Below, in pieces: positions 10,050-20,548 of a stretch of DNA of 64,000 nucleotides. The DNA comes from an uncultured bacterium (GTDB lineage Bacteria > Acidobacteriota > HRBIN11 > JAKEFK01). Position 1 is the first letter of the stretch, and every line of letters begins with the position of its first letter. The notes below the pieces were generated by a model. It was not told the origin of the DNA, searched no databases, and worked only from the letters and a program-made list of their open reading frames with translations. Location of the stretch: positions 416,001-480,000 of the forward strand of contig CAVZQN010000001.1 in NCBI GenBank assembly GCA_963777505.1, given 5' to 3'. The translations under genes were made by a program, and so were the position numbers.

Positions 10050-11132
10050 ATGACCCAACAAAATACCTTTGATTCAAACAAAGCAGAGGCTTTTGCCGGA
10101 AAATTAATGACAACACTCAACAATGGCGCGCTCTGTTTAATGATTTCCATTGGACATCGTTCGCGTCTGTTTGATGTAATACGAAATTTATCGCCCTCTA
10201 CTTCTGAAGAAATTGCATCCGCCGCAGGATTAAACGAACGTTATGTCCGCGAATGGCTGGGAGCGATGGTTACATCAGGAATCGTTGATATAGATCCGGA
10301 AACAAATCGCTGTTCTCTTCCAGCGGAACATGCAGCATTTTTAACTCGCGCAGCTGGAGCTGACAACATCTCAGTCTTTGCACAATACATTGCAGTTTTG
10401 GGCGAAGTTGAAGATGAAATTCTGCATTGTTTTAACAACGGCGGCGGCGTTCCATATTCCAAATTTCCAAGATTCCACGAAGTTATGTCCGAAGATAGCA
10501 CTCAATCCGTTCTCTCTACGTTGGAATCACATGTCCTTCCTCTTGTGCCTGGATTGAAAGAACATCTCCAAAAAGGGATCAAAGTTCTGGATGTTGGAAG
10601 TGGAATGGGCAGAATTATGATTCAGCTGGCACGGCTGTTTCCAAAAAGCAACTTCACCGGAATGGATCTTTCGGAGGAAGCAACTGAAAATGCAAACAAA
10701 GAAGCATCAAAACAAGGATTGCGAAACATACTATTCATCATTAAGGATTTGAGTGACTTTAATAAAACAGCTGAACCTGAAGCGTTTGATTTCATTACCA
10801 CATTTGACGCGATTCATGACCAGGGGAAGCCATTAAATGTATTGAAAGGGATCTATCGCTCGTTGAAACCTGATGGAACTTATTTAATGCAAGACATCAG
10901 TGGAACAAGCAACATGCATAAAGATAAGGATCATCCAGTTGGAACATTTCTTTACACAATTTCGTGCATGCATTGCATGACGGTTTCACTTGCTCAGGGA
11001 GGCGAAGGCTTAGGAGCAATGTGGGGTGAAGGCAAGACTCGTGAATATCTTCAGAAGGCAGGTTTCCGCTCAATCACTACAAAAAAACTTGCACACGATA
11101 TTCAAAATAACTGGTACGTCATCACGAAATGA
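10050..11132 (+). CDS. Class I SAM-dependent methyltransferase with N-terminal winged helix (Rv2258c-like)
   Basis: ERYVREWL, VLDVGSGMG, FDAIHD, HCMTVSLA and GLGAMWG motifs. Confidence 0.9.
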   Translation: MTQQNTFDSNKAEAFAGKLMTTLNNGALCLMISIGHRSRLFDVIRNLSPSTSEEIASAAGLNERYVREWLGAMVTSGIVDIDPETNRCSLPAEHAAFLTRAAGADNISVFAQYIAVLGEVEDEILHCFNNGGGVPYSKFPRFHEVMSEDSTQSVLSTLESHVLPLVPGLKEHLQKGIKVLDVGSGMGRIMIQLARLFPKSNFTGMDLSEEATENANKEASKQGLRNILFIIKDLSDFNKTAEPEAFDFITTFDAIHDQGKPLNVLKGIYRSLKPDGTYLMQDISGTSNMHKDKDHPVGTFLYTISCMHCMTVSLAQGGEGLGAMWGEGKTREYLQKAGFRSITTKKLAHDIQNNWYVITK

Positions 11133-11155
11133 ATGAACCGCAAAGGCGCAAAAAG

Positions 11156-13402
11156 CTAACGTTGCCAGGCGTAGGAAACTTTAAAAAAGATTGTGCGATT
11201 TGTGCGAACAAGCGAATTTGAATTATCCACAAGTCCACTATCTCCGTAACCAATAAATAGATTGGTTTGCCAGTTCAAACGATACCCGTAAAGAATCGAT
11301 CCCAAAAATTGCCCATCTCTTTCAGGAACTTCGAAAGAGTAAAGATTCTGGTCTCGCGTAGTTGTAACATACTGGCCGATCGCACGAATAAACGAACGTG
11401 GGTTAAATACATAAACGCCTTTCAGCCTTGCAATGTTAGCTGTGTAAAGGCGTCCTTCAACAACGGAACTTTCATTGATATCGAGCCATTCGCGCGTAGC
11501 ATCCGCCACTAGCGTTAAATGATCAAAAGGCCGTACATTCGCTTGCAGAGTCATGCTTGTGCCGGTACCGACACGCAAATTATCGAAATCAATTTGCTCC
11601 CCCGCCCTTCCTAGAAACATAATGCGCGGGAATCGTCTGGATGGATCAAGTTGAATGAAGTATGAAAGGTATCTTTGCGTCAGGAGCTGATCAGCAACCT
11701 GGACTTTGTTATCATGAAATTCAAATTCGGCTGTTAGATTTCGGCTGCCTTGTAAAAACACGCCGCCAAAATAATCGTGCCCAAGATCATCACCATTCGT
11801 GAAGAAGAATTGATCAGCAACTCCATACGTACGGATAAAGCTGAAATATTTACCTTCTGGATAGAAGCGTAAGCCAAGACTTGCAAGACCCTCTCGAAAA
11901 CCTACTTGTGGGACAAACCCTGTGTCTGCACGAAATTCATTACCAAAATCGTTATACCGAAAACGCCAATCGTATCGCGTAACCTGTCGATCCCAGGTGA
12001 CCTGTGCAGCATGCGAGCTGAACTTTTGTCCTGTAAACAATGGAAAAGTATCCGGCTGGTCAGGATTTTCTGTACTGCTGTACACGAACTGTCCTGAAAA
12101 TACATCAGAATTTGTGGGACGCCATTGAGCATCAGGACCAAACACGCGATTGTGTCCGCCTCCTGAAATTTCGCGATCTGTAAACATAAAACTTCCAAAA
12201 GCTTCTCCGAAATCCTGGCGCACCCGGCCTAATGAAACGATCGATTCGAAGTCTTGCGGCGCAAACAAAGAAAATTCTGGGCCCGGCAACACGAGTAGTC
12301 CTCCCCCTAGATCCTGCGCGGAGAGAATTGTGTACGATGTGTTTCCAGCTTTTCCAGTTGCACGAACTCCCCAATTTGGATCTGTGATTGTTCTTGTATA
12401 CACAATTTGAATCGGAGAATTTAGCAGATCTGCACCTTCAAGAAAGAATGGACGCTTTTCAGGAAAAAATAATGCGAAGCGTTGGTTGATTGCAATTTGT
12501 GGAACATCTGATTCCACTTGCGAAAAATCGGGACGAATCGTTGCATCAATCGTGCTGTTTGCTGTCGGATTCCATTTAACATCCACACCGGCATCGCCTT
12601 CTGAGTCCCTTTCAAAGCTTTCGTTTTCACCAAAGCGATTCTGTTCAGTTGAAGCGGTTGCAAAAGGCGCAACAACGAGATGACGCGATGACGGAAGTTG
12701 TGTTACGCCTGTTAACTCATGCATGTGACAGACGAAACAATTGGAACCCCGATCCATTGGTGCGCTATGAAATGCATAGCGGAAATCTCGTGGATAATTT
12801 CTCCACACCCAAAAAGCCCACGTTTGTGGATCGGTCTTTGGATAACGCAAAGTAGTGAGTGGAATACGAAACTCACCTTGCCAGCCTTCGGATGTTATTT
12901 TCGCGGCAGTGTCATAAAAAAAATCGGGCGAGAAATCCTCGGTGAATGTGGCATCATCAAAAATTCCGTCACTCTGAATCCCCCGCGGATTAATTCGAAA
13001 CTCAAGCGCACTTCGTTTATCGTTCTTGGTGTCGATGAAAATTGCGATGTTATCATCCGTGCCAATGACCTGGTCACGCTCAACATACGGCGCACGAATT
13101 TTTGACGGATCGGGGTCGTCTGCTTTTATACCTACATAAAAGTACTGATCATCGTACGTTACATAGGCAATCGTTTTCACTTTCGCTGGAGTATTGTTGC
13201 CAGGCGAAGTTTCATAAAATCTATCGAAATATGTAGCAGTCTTCCAACCGGCATCCGTAAGATCGCCATCAATAATGATTTGTGCGTTCGTTCGCTTTAA
13301 TTGTTGCGGCTCCGGTTTAGGAATTGGCTCCTCAGCAACTGCTGCTTTTGCTGAAAGCAAAATAGCGACAATAGTCCCCACCCTGGCGATAAAACTTTTC
13401 AT
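11156..13402 (-). CDS. CBM9-like sugar-binding domain plus DUF5916 outer-membrane barrel protein
   Basis: Signal peptide; IDGDL, PDFSQVESD and FFPEKRPFFLE motifs; C-terminal KVSYAW beta-signal. Confidence 0.85.
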   Translation of the reverse strand: MKSFIARVGTIVAILLSAKAAVAEEPIPKPEPQQLKRTNAQIIIDGDLTDAGWKTATYFDRFYETSPGNNTPAKVKTIAYVTYDDQYFYVGIKADDPDPSKIRAPYVERDQVIGTDDNIAIFIDTKNDKRSALEFRINPRGIQSDGIFDDATFTEDFSPDFFYDTAAKITSEGWQGEFRIPLTTLRYPKTDPQTWAFWVWRNYPRDFRYAFHSAPMDRGSNCFVCHMHELTGVTQLPSSRHLVVAPFATASTEQNRFGENESFERDSEGDAGVDVKWNPTANSTIDATIRPDFSQVESDVPQIAINQRFALFFPEKRPFFLEGADLLNSPIQIVYTRTITDPNWGVRATGKAGNTSYTILSAQDLGGGLLVLPGPEFSLFAPQDFESIVSLGRVRQDFGEAFGSFMFTDREISGGGHNRVFGPDAQWRPTNSDVFSGQFVYSSTENPDQPDTFPLFTGQKFSSHAAQVTWDRQVTRYDWRFRYNDFGNEFRADTGFVPQVGFREGLASLGLRFYPEGKYFSFIRTYGVADQFFFTNGDDLGHDYFGGVFLQGSRNLTAEFEFHDNKVQVADQLLTQRYLSYFIQLDPSRRFPRIMFLGRAGEQIDFDNLRVGTGTSMTLQANVRPFDHLTLVADATREWLDINESSVVEGRLYTANIARLKGVYVFNPRSFIRAIGQYVTTTRDQNLYSFEVPERDGQFLGSILYGYRLNWQTNLFIGYGDSGLVDNSNSLVRTNRTIFFKVSYAWQR

Positions 13403-13545
13403 GACCTTTCCTTAAAACAGTTGGTTGATTTTGAAACCAGGAACACTTCACCCAATTTTCCATTAACTAGACGTAAATCAGGCAAAATTGTTCGTCAGTG
13501 TTATTGGACGAGCTAAACCGGCAAATGGTTGGCTTATACTGCAAA

Positions 13546-14704
13546 TTAAGGTTCTAAACGGGCAAAGAAGCCACCCGATGCGTATTGTCCATTCCGAACA
13601 CGAAGAACGATCTGATTCTGGCCAGCTTTTAGTGGGATTTCTATTTTTCGACCTGCATGATCTGGATTCTTCCAAAAATCAAACCAGGCATTCCAGTCAT
13701 TACCCTCGGACATGTACCCGTCCCGATAAATGAAAGTCAGGAACTCACCATTCACAAAAAGCGCAAGTTCATCGATCGTCGTCACATGCAGAATAGCACT
13801 CTTATTCGTGTCTGATGAAATCTGGGTTCGAAAGTATGCAACGGTTTTTTCTCCTCTATATTCTGTGATGCGCGCCGTAATCACAGCTCCTCGCGCGTCC
13901 GTATTAAACGGCTTCCAATTCGCCACTGTCGTTAAATGCTCGATTGATTCGTTAGGCTTCGAAAAGGGACCAAGTACTTGCCAATTCGTTAGCAGCATTT
14001 CGGGCTGATATGCGATTGCCGGAATTTTTTCACCATGATAGCTAAGCTTATCGATTGAGCTGACTTTGATGATTATCGATCCAAACTTCTGTCCCCACTA
14101 TTCTTGGCTTAAAACCGATCATTCCTGAAGTGAGTTCCAGCAAATCAAAAACAATTTTCGGCGTGTTCATGTCATTGACATAAAAGTGGCAAACAGTACC
14201 CATAACTTCCACTTTGAATCTATGCCATGAATTGATTCGAATCGCTTCGCTATCCTTTAATGGTGTTTTATATTCTTCATACAACAAACGTGAGGCGTTG
14301 GCATCTCTCCATGGATTCACAACCAGATAGCTGTCGTTTCCTTTGATATAAATATTGCCAAAGTCTCTACGCCCTCCATTGTCGGAATAGTTATATATGA
14401 CTCCTAAATAGTTATCGCCATCATCCGGAAAAAGGACTTCACCTTCAATCCTGACGGCTCCCCATTTTTCGGAGCCCCTGATCAATGCATATACTTCGCC
14501 ATTTGGTTGAAGTTGCATTACCTGTCCGTGATTCGGATCTTTCGAATTGATCAATTGAATTGACTCCGAACCAACAAAAAGCCAACCAGAAGTTTCTTGA
14601 CTTTCAAAGGAGTCTACAAAAAGCTCCTTTCCATGAGCGATGCCAATGCTTCCAATAAAAATAATGGACAATACGATTCCAGCCAGAATTATTTTCGTCA
14701 TCAT
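13546..14704 (-). CDS. Secreted hypothetical protein (DUF1080-like concanavalin domain plus beta-sandwich); +1 frameshift near 14071
   Basis: Signal peptide; WHRFKVEV and GMIGF motifs; deleting one base near 14071 joins ...WIDN-IKVSSIDKLSY...EMLLTNWQVLGPF. Confidence 0.6.
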
Positions 14705-14721
14705 GGGGCAAGTCTAGAGAA

Positions 14722-15573
14722 TTATAGATAGACTGTATTGTATAAATGGGTCATTTTACGGTCGGAATTGAAGTGCTTGGTAAGCAATGTCGTTGGATTT
14801 GCCGAAAAAATATTTCGATATGAAAAGCCCGAATACTTCTTCATCTCACGAATCAGATGAGCTTGATCATAGAAGCCGCATTCTGTAATTAATTCTGGCC
14901 AATCAGCTCCGCACTTTCTTCGATAAAGAGTCTTTTGAAATCGAACGATTTCGGCGAATTCTTTTGGACCAGTCCCCACTGTTCGCGCAAATCTCCGATG
15001 AAATTGACGTCTGCTCATATTCAATTCTTTTGCCAGAAGACTAATTGAGAGATTTCCCATTGCTCGATTCATTCTTTGAACAGCCCCCACAATAAGCGGG
15101 TCACAACGTTTCGCATTCAGCTTTTGCAATAAAAATGATTCAATCCGACGGATGCGTTCGTTTGATGTGGAGTGTTCATGAATCTGTTCTTCCAGTTCTC
15201 GAACTGATTGTTTGCAAGTAAGCAAATTCAAATCGATCGATACATTTGTCGCTTCATCAACCGAAAAATCAAAGAATGGTGCAAGACCCCAGGGAAAGAA
15301 GCGCACTATGATCATTCCGGTTTTACCTGTTGGGGCAACTTGAACGGGCCTGGTTTTTTGGCCGGAGATATACGTTAAAGGAAGCAGTTCACTTCGATCA
15401 ACATTTACCTGAACGAAAGGATCGGCGTAAATCAAAATCAAATCGATTGTAGTGGTGGGAAGAACCGTAGTCGGCCGATTATTTTGAGAGGCCTCTAAAT
15501 TTTCCTGGATCCAGAACTCCTCAATGAACGGGTGCAATTCGATTGATGGTTTTATGATGTGATAGTTGGCCAC
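14722..15573 (-). CDS. AraC family transcriptional regulator (DUF6597 N-domain)
   Basis: SRRQFHRRF..VG.GPK and GFYDQAHLIRE HTH motifs. Confidence 0.9.
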   Translation of the reverse strand: MANYHIIKPSIELHPFIEEFWIQENLEASQNNRPTTVLPTTTIDLILIYADPFVQVNVDRSELLPLTYISGQKTRPVQVAPTGKTGMIIVRFFPWGLAPFFDFSVDEATNVSIDLNLLTCKQSVRELEEQIHEHSTSNERIRRIESFLLQKLNAKRCDPLIVGAVQRMNRAMGNLSISLLAKELNMSRRQFHRRFARTVGTGPKEFAEIVRFQKTLYRRKCGADWPELITECGFYDQAHLIREMKKYSGFSYRNIFSANPTTLLTKHFNSDRKMTHLYNTVYL

Positions 15574-15607
15574 TGATGCCTCATTGTCTCACACGCTACT
15601 ACTCCCA

Positions 15608-15865
15608 CTAGATTGTACGTCCACCGTGTGATTTTGTTTTTTCCGGCTCGTACTGAAATACTTCTTCAAGCGGTTTGTTGAATACAAAAGCAATACGAAA
15701 CGCGAGATCGAGTGAAGGAGCATATTTACCTCCTTCAATTGCGACGATTGTTTGCCGCGTGACACCAACCTTGTTAGCGAGATCCTGCTGAGTCATCTCT
15801 CCTGCGTCGAATCGCAGCCTTCTAATATTGTTATGGATTTTGCCCGGTTCCATATCAATATCCAC
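15608..15865 (-). CDS. XRE/Cro-CI HTH transcriptional regulator
   Basis: MTQQDLANKVGVTRQTIVAIEGGKYAPSLDLAFRIA. Confidence 0.92.
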   Translation of the reverse strand: MDIDMEPGKIHNNIRRLRFDAGEMTQQDLANKVGVTRQTIVAIEGGKYAPSLDLAFRIAFVFNKPLEEVFQYEPEKTKSHGGRTI

Positions 15866-16304
15866 GTCTGTAGCTAACTACCTGAATGAGATAGTGTGCT
15901 ATTTCAGCTGCTACAAAACAGAACAGGACCACCTGACTCAAAAACGCCGAAATCAGCTTTTGTCCATGGAGTGTAGGCGCCGCGACAACATCAAAAAGAA
16001 ACACTAAACCGACCCCCATAAATATGAAGCATGCAAAAACGTAGTATGCGTACTTAAAAGCCTTTAATTCGATCATGACATCACGCTCATCTCTTTTTTC
16101 CTCTTTCGATCGAATTGAAATTGCGATGGATGCCCCTATCAAAAACACTGTTTGAAAAAACACAGCCGCAATAAACGGCATGACGAGCGCAGCTGCCGTC
16201 AGTTCTGCCCGATTCAGCAACCGCATTACATATGTGAAATAGGGAACGAAGACCACTATTGTGGTTATCAAACATAACCATGCACTCTTTTCTCTAAATG
16301 ACAT
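15855..16304 (-). CDS. 4-TM membrane protein partnered with the XRE regulator (DUF2178-like)
   Basis: MSFREKSAW start with AGGAGG RBS; DERD motif; C-terminal YRRG. Confidence 0.75.
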   Translation of the reverse strand: MSFREKSAWLCLITTIVVFVPYFTYVMRLLNRAELTAAALVMPFIAAVFFQTVFLIGASIAISIRSKEEKRDERDVMIELKAFKYAYYVFACFIFMGVGLVFLFDVVAAPTLHGQKLISAFLSQVVLFCFVAAEIAHYLIQVVSYRRGY

Positions 16305-16318
16305 CTTCTCCTCCTGAA

Positions 16319-16378
16319 TGTCTAAAATATGCGACATATAGTACGTTAAATGATACATTATGTCAAATTTACCAGACA
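16319..16378. promoter_or_regulatory. Three 18-bp TGTM-N10-KACA-type operators at 21-bp period
   Basis: TGTCtaaaatatgcGACA (16319), aGTAcgttaaatgaTACA (16340), TGTCaaatttaccaGACA (16361), upstream of the membrane-protein/XRE operon. Confidence 0.7.
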
Positions 16379-16573
16379 CAGCGAGTGTGGCCTCAAGAGT
16401 GAAGATCGTGAGGGTCTCTTTGAACTGAAATCTTAAATCTGAATGAGTTTTTATTTTCGAATCGTGCGGATTTTAATTTTGAAATTTCTTATAAGAATTT
16501 CAATATTTGTACTTGCGTCATTTTCAAAAATCCTTATTATTGTGAAGCTCCATTCTTACCGAGGGGATTTACT

Positions 16574-16981
16574 ATGGGTTTTAAGATGACGATCGTAGAG
16601 AAAGATGGGTATTTGCATTTCCGTGTTTCGGGAAAAAATACTCCAGAGAATATTATCGACTACCTCGCTGAGGCTTATAAAGAATGCGTGAGACTGAACT
16701 GTCCTGTCGTATTAATTGAAGAGAATCTTCTTGGACCAAGCGTCAGCATGGCCGCAGCGTTAGATATTGTGGCAAAAGCCACCAAGCAGACATCTGAGTA
16801 CGTTCAACGAGTTGCTTTCGTTGATGTGAATCCTGAACACTCCAGTTCGTTGTTGAAGTTTGCAGAAACCGCTGCAATCTCTCGAGGCCTGAATATCCGG
16901 GTATTTTCTTCACTTTCGATTGCAGAAAAATGGATTTGCTTCCCCGATACTATGAATTTTGAATCCCCTCTGCTCTACTAA
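16574..16981 (+). CDS. Hypothetical STAS/SEC14 (SpoIIAA-like) protein
   Basis: FAETAAISRGLNIRVF...AEKW C-terminal pattern; GAGGGG RBS. Confidence 0.6.
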   Translation: MGFKMTIVEKDGYLHFRVSGKNTPENIIDYLAEAYKECVRLNCPVVLIEENLLGPSVSMAAALDIVAKATKQTSEYVQRVAFVDVNPEHSSSLLKFAETAAISRGLNIRVFSSLSIAEKWICFPDTMNFESPLLY

Positions 16982-17075
16982 AATGTAACCCTTTGAAATA
17001 AAATCGGCGATGCATTCGCTCGGCAAGCAGCTAGTCGGAAACGCGTCAGTTCACGACGCGTAACTGAATTTGATG

Positions 17076-17990
17076 TTACGGTGTCTCTTCCGGGTTGAAT
17101 GGAGAATAACTCTTAAACTCCCACCGCAAATTGATGGCATGTGAACTTTCAATTGCTTCAATCATTTTGAATTCAACGATTCGTTCAGCCCCAGGAAATT
17201 CTTGAAGACGATTTAAATCCCAGATAATTTCAACCTTGCCGGTTAATTGCAAAGTGCTGCCGCTCTCAAAATCAATAAATAACAAACCGCAACCCGGATC
17301 AGCAGTTAGATTGCCCAGAGTTTGAAACATAGTATTTCCTGAATAATCCGGGAAAATGAACGTCTTCGAATTCTTAACTCGTATAAATCCTGGATTCCCT
17401 CCGCGATGGGAAGCATCTGCTCCTCCGTCCCGATGATGACTCGCAATGAAAAAAGTATCGGCATTCTGAATCAGTATTTTCTGGCTTTCACTCAGTTCGG
17501 CTGAATGCTGAACTCCTATGTTAGAAGGACTATTTCCTGCAACGATCTGCCACGTGCGTGCTTGAATGTACTTTGGACAATTTGCATAGACTTGTTCTGT
17601 GTGAATATAAATTTTAGAATCGTCACCGATTTCACCAATTCCATTGATCCGCATTCTGCGGCGCGTTGCAAACTCAATTACAATCATCCCGATTTCCGAT
17701 TTTGTCTTGAGATTTTTCATGAGCGGATCATCACGCAACGGTAACGCGTTGATTTGTACAGTCCGCTCATTAAGAGTACGCATGAATCCAGGATCGCCTG
17801 TTAATATCGATGCCCAAACCCTTCGATTTTGGTCAACTGAAGCAATAACAACCATCGGTTGGCTGCTCAGAAATTCTTGAGCAGCTAAGGGGATAGACGC
17901 GTGGATGGATTTACCGATTCGTGCTGACATCTCGCGAACACCGGCTCGCGTTTGAACCGCGAGTTCACCTTCGTGATAAATAGGCTTCAT
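17076..17990 (-). CDS. Pyridoxamine 5'-phosphate oxidase family FMN-binding protein (duplicated domain)
   Basis: YHEGELAVQ, NCPKYIQ, DASHRGG.PGF and PDYSGN motifs. Confidence 0.92.
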   Translation of the reverse strand: MKPIYHEGELAVQTRAGVREMSARIGKSIHASIPLAAQEFLSSQPMVVIASVDQNRRVWASILTGDPGFMRTLNERTVQINALPLRDDPLMKNLKTKSEIGMIVIEFATRRRMRINGIGEIGDDSKIYIHTEQVYANCPKYIQARTWQIVAGNSPSNIGVQHSAELSESQKILIQNADTFFIASHHRDGGADASHRGGNPGFIRVKNSKTFIFPDYSGNTMFQTLGNLTADPGCGLLFIDFESGSTLQLTGKVEIIWDLNRLQEFPGAERIVEFKMIEAIESSHAINLRWEFKSYSPFNPEETP

Positions 17991-18017
17991 GGTGTCACAC
18001 CTTCCTAAAAAGTTTAA

Positions 18018-18087
18018 TAACCATCTATATTATGTTTTACAGGTTATACACGTTCATATAACTTGTCAAGTGCTCTTTTGGAGGTTA
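18018..18087. promoter_or_regulatory. Two TAACY-N19-GGTTA inverted repeats in the divergent promoter (putative CGNR operator)
   Basis: TAACC 18018 / GGTTA 18042 and TAACT 18059 / GGTTA 18083, with identical 19-bp spacing. Confidence 0.65.
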
Positions 18088-18100
18088 GAATCACATTGAA

Positions 18101-18703
18101 ATGACTAAGAGATTCATTATTATCGGAGACAATCTGAGTCTGGATTTTCTGAATACCCAGATTGTTGACGAAGGTAAGCCGAAAGATTTGCTCGCAAATT
18201 TTGAGGACTTTCTCGCCTGGCAGATTACAACTCGATTGCTTGAAGCATCGGAAGCTGATGAGTTGAGTAAAAGGTGGGCTAAGCGCAGGGAGACTCAAGA
18301 ACTATTTCGAGAAATTATTGATTTTCGAAAAATGCTGCGCAAAACTGTCGACTCACTGATCAGAGGGAAATCCATTCCTTCTTCTGCACTTCAGAGGATC
18401 AACGAAGTCTTGCATTTTGGATATGGCTATCACGAACTCGTAAAAACAAAACGAGGTTTTGAAAAACGCCTCAGGACCGACTTTCAAGAACCCAAAGAGC
18501 TCTTGCTGCCGATTGCAGAATCAGCTGCCGATTTACTCTCTTATGGTAATCGAGCTAATTTAAGAAAATGCGAAAATTCACAATGCATTTTGTATTTTTA
18601 CGACACGACAAAAAATCACAGGCGCCGCTGGTGCAGTATGAGTGGCTGCGGAAATCGCGCGAAAGCAGCCGCATTTTACAAGCGTAAACGAAATCAGTCT
18701 TGA
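18101..18703 (+). CDS. ABATE/CGNR zinc-finger regulator
   Basis: LDFLNT; C..C..FYDTTKN.RRRWCSMSGCGNRAK. Confidence 0.93.
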   Translation: MTKRFIIIGDNLSLDFLNTQIVDEGKPKDLLANFEDFLAWQITTRLLEASEADELSKRWAKRRETQELFREIIDFRKMLRKTVDSLIRGKSIPSSALQRINEVLHFGYGYHELVKTKRGFEKRLRTDFQEPKELLLPIAESAADLLSYGNRANLRKCENSQCILYFYDTTKNHRRRWCSMSGCGNRAKAAAFYKRKRNQS

Positions 18704-18846
18704 CGAGACAAACATACCTATCATTTGATAGGTGCTCTTTTAGTCCTGGATGGCTAGAATTACTCAATGTTGTGCTTCAGAGATTAATTTCACTGAAGAA
18801 GAAAATAATAGTGAACTCTGCAACAAACCTCGACTTGGAGGCAACT

Positions 18847-20466
18847 ATGAAAACTCTATCAATTTCTATTTTGTTATTTTTTGCAACAACTTTTACTGCA
18901 TTTGCAGATTCTAAGCACCAGCATTCCTCTTATGGAGACAAGCTAGGGACCGTACATTTTGAAGTTTCCTGCAATGATGAAGCAAAACCTTTTTTCATGA
19001 ACGGGCTCGCATTGCTGCACCATATGACTTATGAAGGCGCTGAGGCCGAATTTGGAAATGCGATAAAAGCAGATCCAGATTGTGCAATGGGATATTGGGG
19101 TCAGGCGATGACATATATTCATCCGTTATGGAATGACCCTCCAACAGAAGACAAATTCAAGAAAGCTCAATCTTTGTTGTCTGAAGCAAGAAATCGTGGA
19201 AAGAAAACTGCGCAAGAGATAGCGTACATCGATGCTGCGGACGCATATTTTTCAAAAGGGAAAAATCCAAAAGAGACTTACAATCTGGCCGGCTTTGAAA
19301 AAGGCTGGGAAAAAGTTTACACACAGTTTCCGGAAGATCTGGAAGCTGCTTGTTTTTATGCTCTCTCACAATTAGGTACAGCAGACCCGGGAGATAAAAC
19401 TTTTTCAGCACAAAAAAGAGCGGGTGAAATCGTGGAAAAGGTTTTAGCAAAAGAACCGGATCATCCTGGAGCGCATCATTACATCATTCATGCATATGAT
19501 GTGCCTCCGCTTGCTCCGAAAGCTCTGAATGTGGCGCGGACTTACGGAAAAATCGCGCCGGATGTTCCGCATGCTTTGCATATGCCGACCCATATTTTTA
19601 CGCGCTTAGGACTCTGGCAAGAATCGATAGACTACAACACGAAATCTGGCAACACCGCACTTCATCATCCTGTTGGAGGCGCAATCTCGCTGCACCATCT
19701 TCATGCACTCGATTACCTTGCTTATGCATATCTTCAAATCGGAGAGGATCAAAAGGCAAAAGAAGTTTTGGAAAGCATGCGGCAGCTCAAAGGACCATTT
19801 CAAGTTGAAATGGCAACACCCTACACACTTGCGGCGGTGCCCGCACGAATCACAATCGAGCGGAAACAATGGTCTGAAGCTGCGGCATTGAAACCGAGAA
19901 CTCCGGAAAACTTTCCCTGGGAAAAATTCCCTGCACTTGAAGCAATCACTTATTTCGCAAAGGCATTAGGCGCTGCACAAATCGGCAATACTGCAGAAGC
20001 ACAGAAGTCTATCGATCATTTAAAAACACTCCAAGATCAAGCGGCAGCGGCTTCCCCTTATTGGGGCAAACAAGTTGAAATTCAACGGGAGTCAGCGATC
20101 GCATTGTTGAAGTATAAACAGGGACAAAGAGAAGAAGCGCTTGTAACGATGCGCCATGCTGCAGAATTAGAAGCTTCAACAGAAAAACATCCTGTCACTC
20201 CGGGGGAAATCATCCCTGCACGTGAATTATTGGCCGGCATGCTGCTTGAAATGAAGCAATACAAGGAAGCGCAAACAGAATACGAAACTGCCCTGGCAAG
20301 AAGTCCGAACCGATTGAATGGATTGTATGGAGCAGGCCGTGCTGCGGAACTTGGTGGCGATCAAGAAAAAGCAGCTTTGTACTATAAAAAGCTGCTAGAA
20401 ATTGCTCCGAAAGCAGACACGCTCGAAGATGTGCAGAAAGCGAAAGCATTTCTCGCTTCAAAGTAA
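18847..20466 (+). CDS. Secreted TPR protein with His-rich motifs
   Basis: Signal peptide from ATG 18847 (GGAGG RBS); LGTVHFEVSC, HPGAHHYIIH and HALHMPTHIF motifs; TPR repeats. Confidence 0.8.
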   Translation: MKTLSISILLFFATTFTAFADSKHQHSSYGDKLGTVHFEVSCNDEAKPFFMNGLALLHHMTYEGAEAEFGNAIKADPDCAMGYWGQAMTYIHPLWNDPPTEDKFKKAQSLLSEARNRGKKTAQEIAYIDAADAYFSKGKNPKETYNLAGFEKGWEKVYTQFPEDLEAACFYALSQLGTADPGDKTFSAQKRAGEIVEKVLAKEPDHPGAHHYIIHAYDVPPLAPKALNVARTYGKIAPDVPHALHMPTHIFTRLGLWQESIDYNTKSGNTALHHPVGGAISLHHLHALDYLAYAYLQIGEDQKAKEVLESMRQLKGPFQVEMATPYTLAAVPARITIERKQWSEAAALKPRTPENFPWEKFPALEAITYFAKALGAAQIGNTAEAQKSIDHLKTLQDQAAAASPYWGKQVEIQRESAIALLKYKQGQREEALVTMRHAAELEASTEKHPVTPGEIIPARELLAGMLLEMKQYKEAQTEYETALARSPNRLNGLYGAGRAAELGGDQEKAALYYKKLLEIAPKADTLEDVQKAKAFLASK

Positions 20467-20469
20467 CTG

Positions 20470-20543
20470 GTAGGGGCGGCCCTTGTGGCCGCCCTCAGCC
20501 ATCGTTCACAAGTAACGCGGGCGACCACAAGGGTCGCCCCTAC
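20470..20543. repeat. GTAG-type REP doublet between convergent genes
   Basis: GTAGGGGCGGCCCTTGTGGCCGCCC ... GGGCGACCACAAGGGTCGCCCCTAC, an inverted pair of hairpins. Confidence 0.85.
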
Positions 20544-20548
20544 AAATG

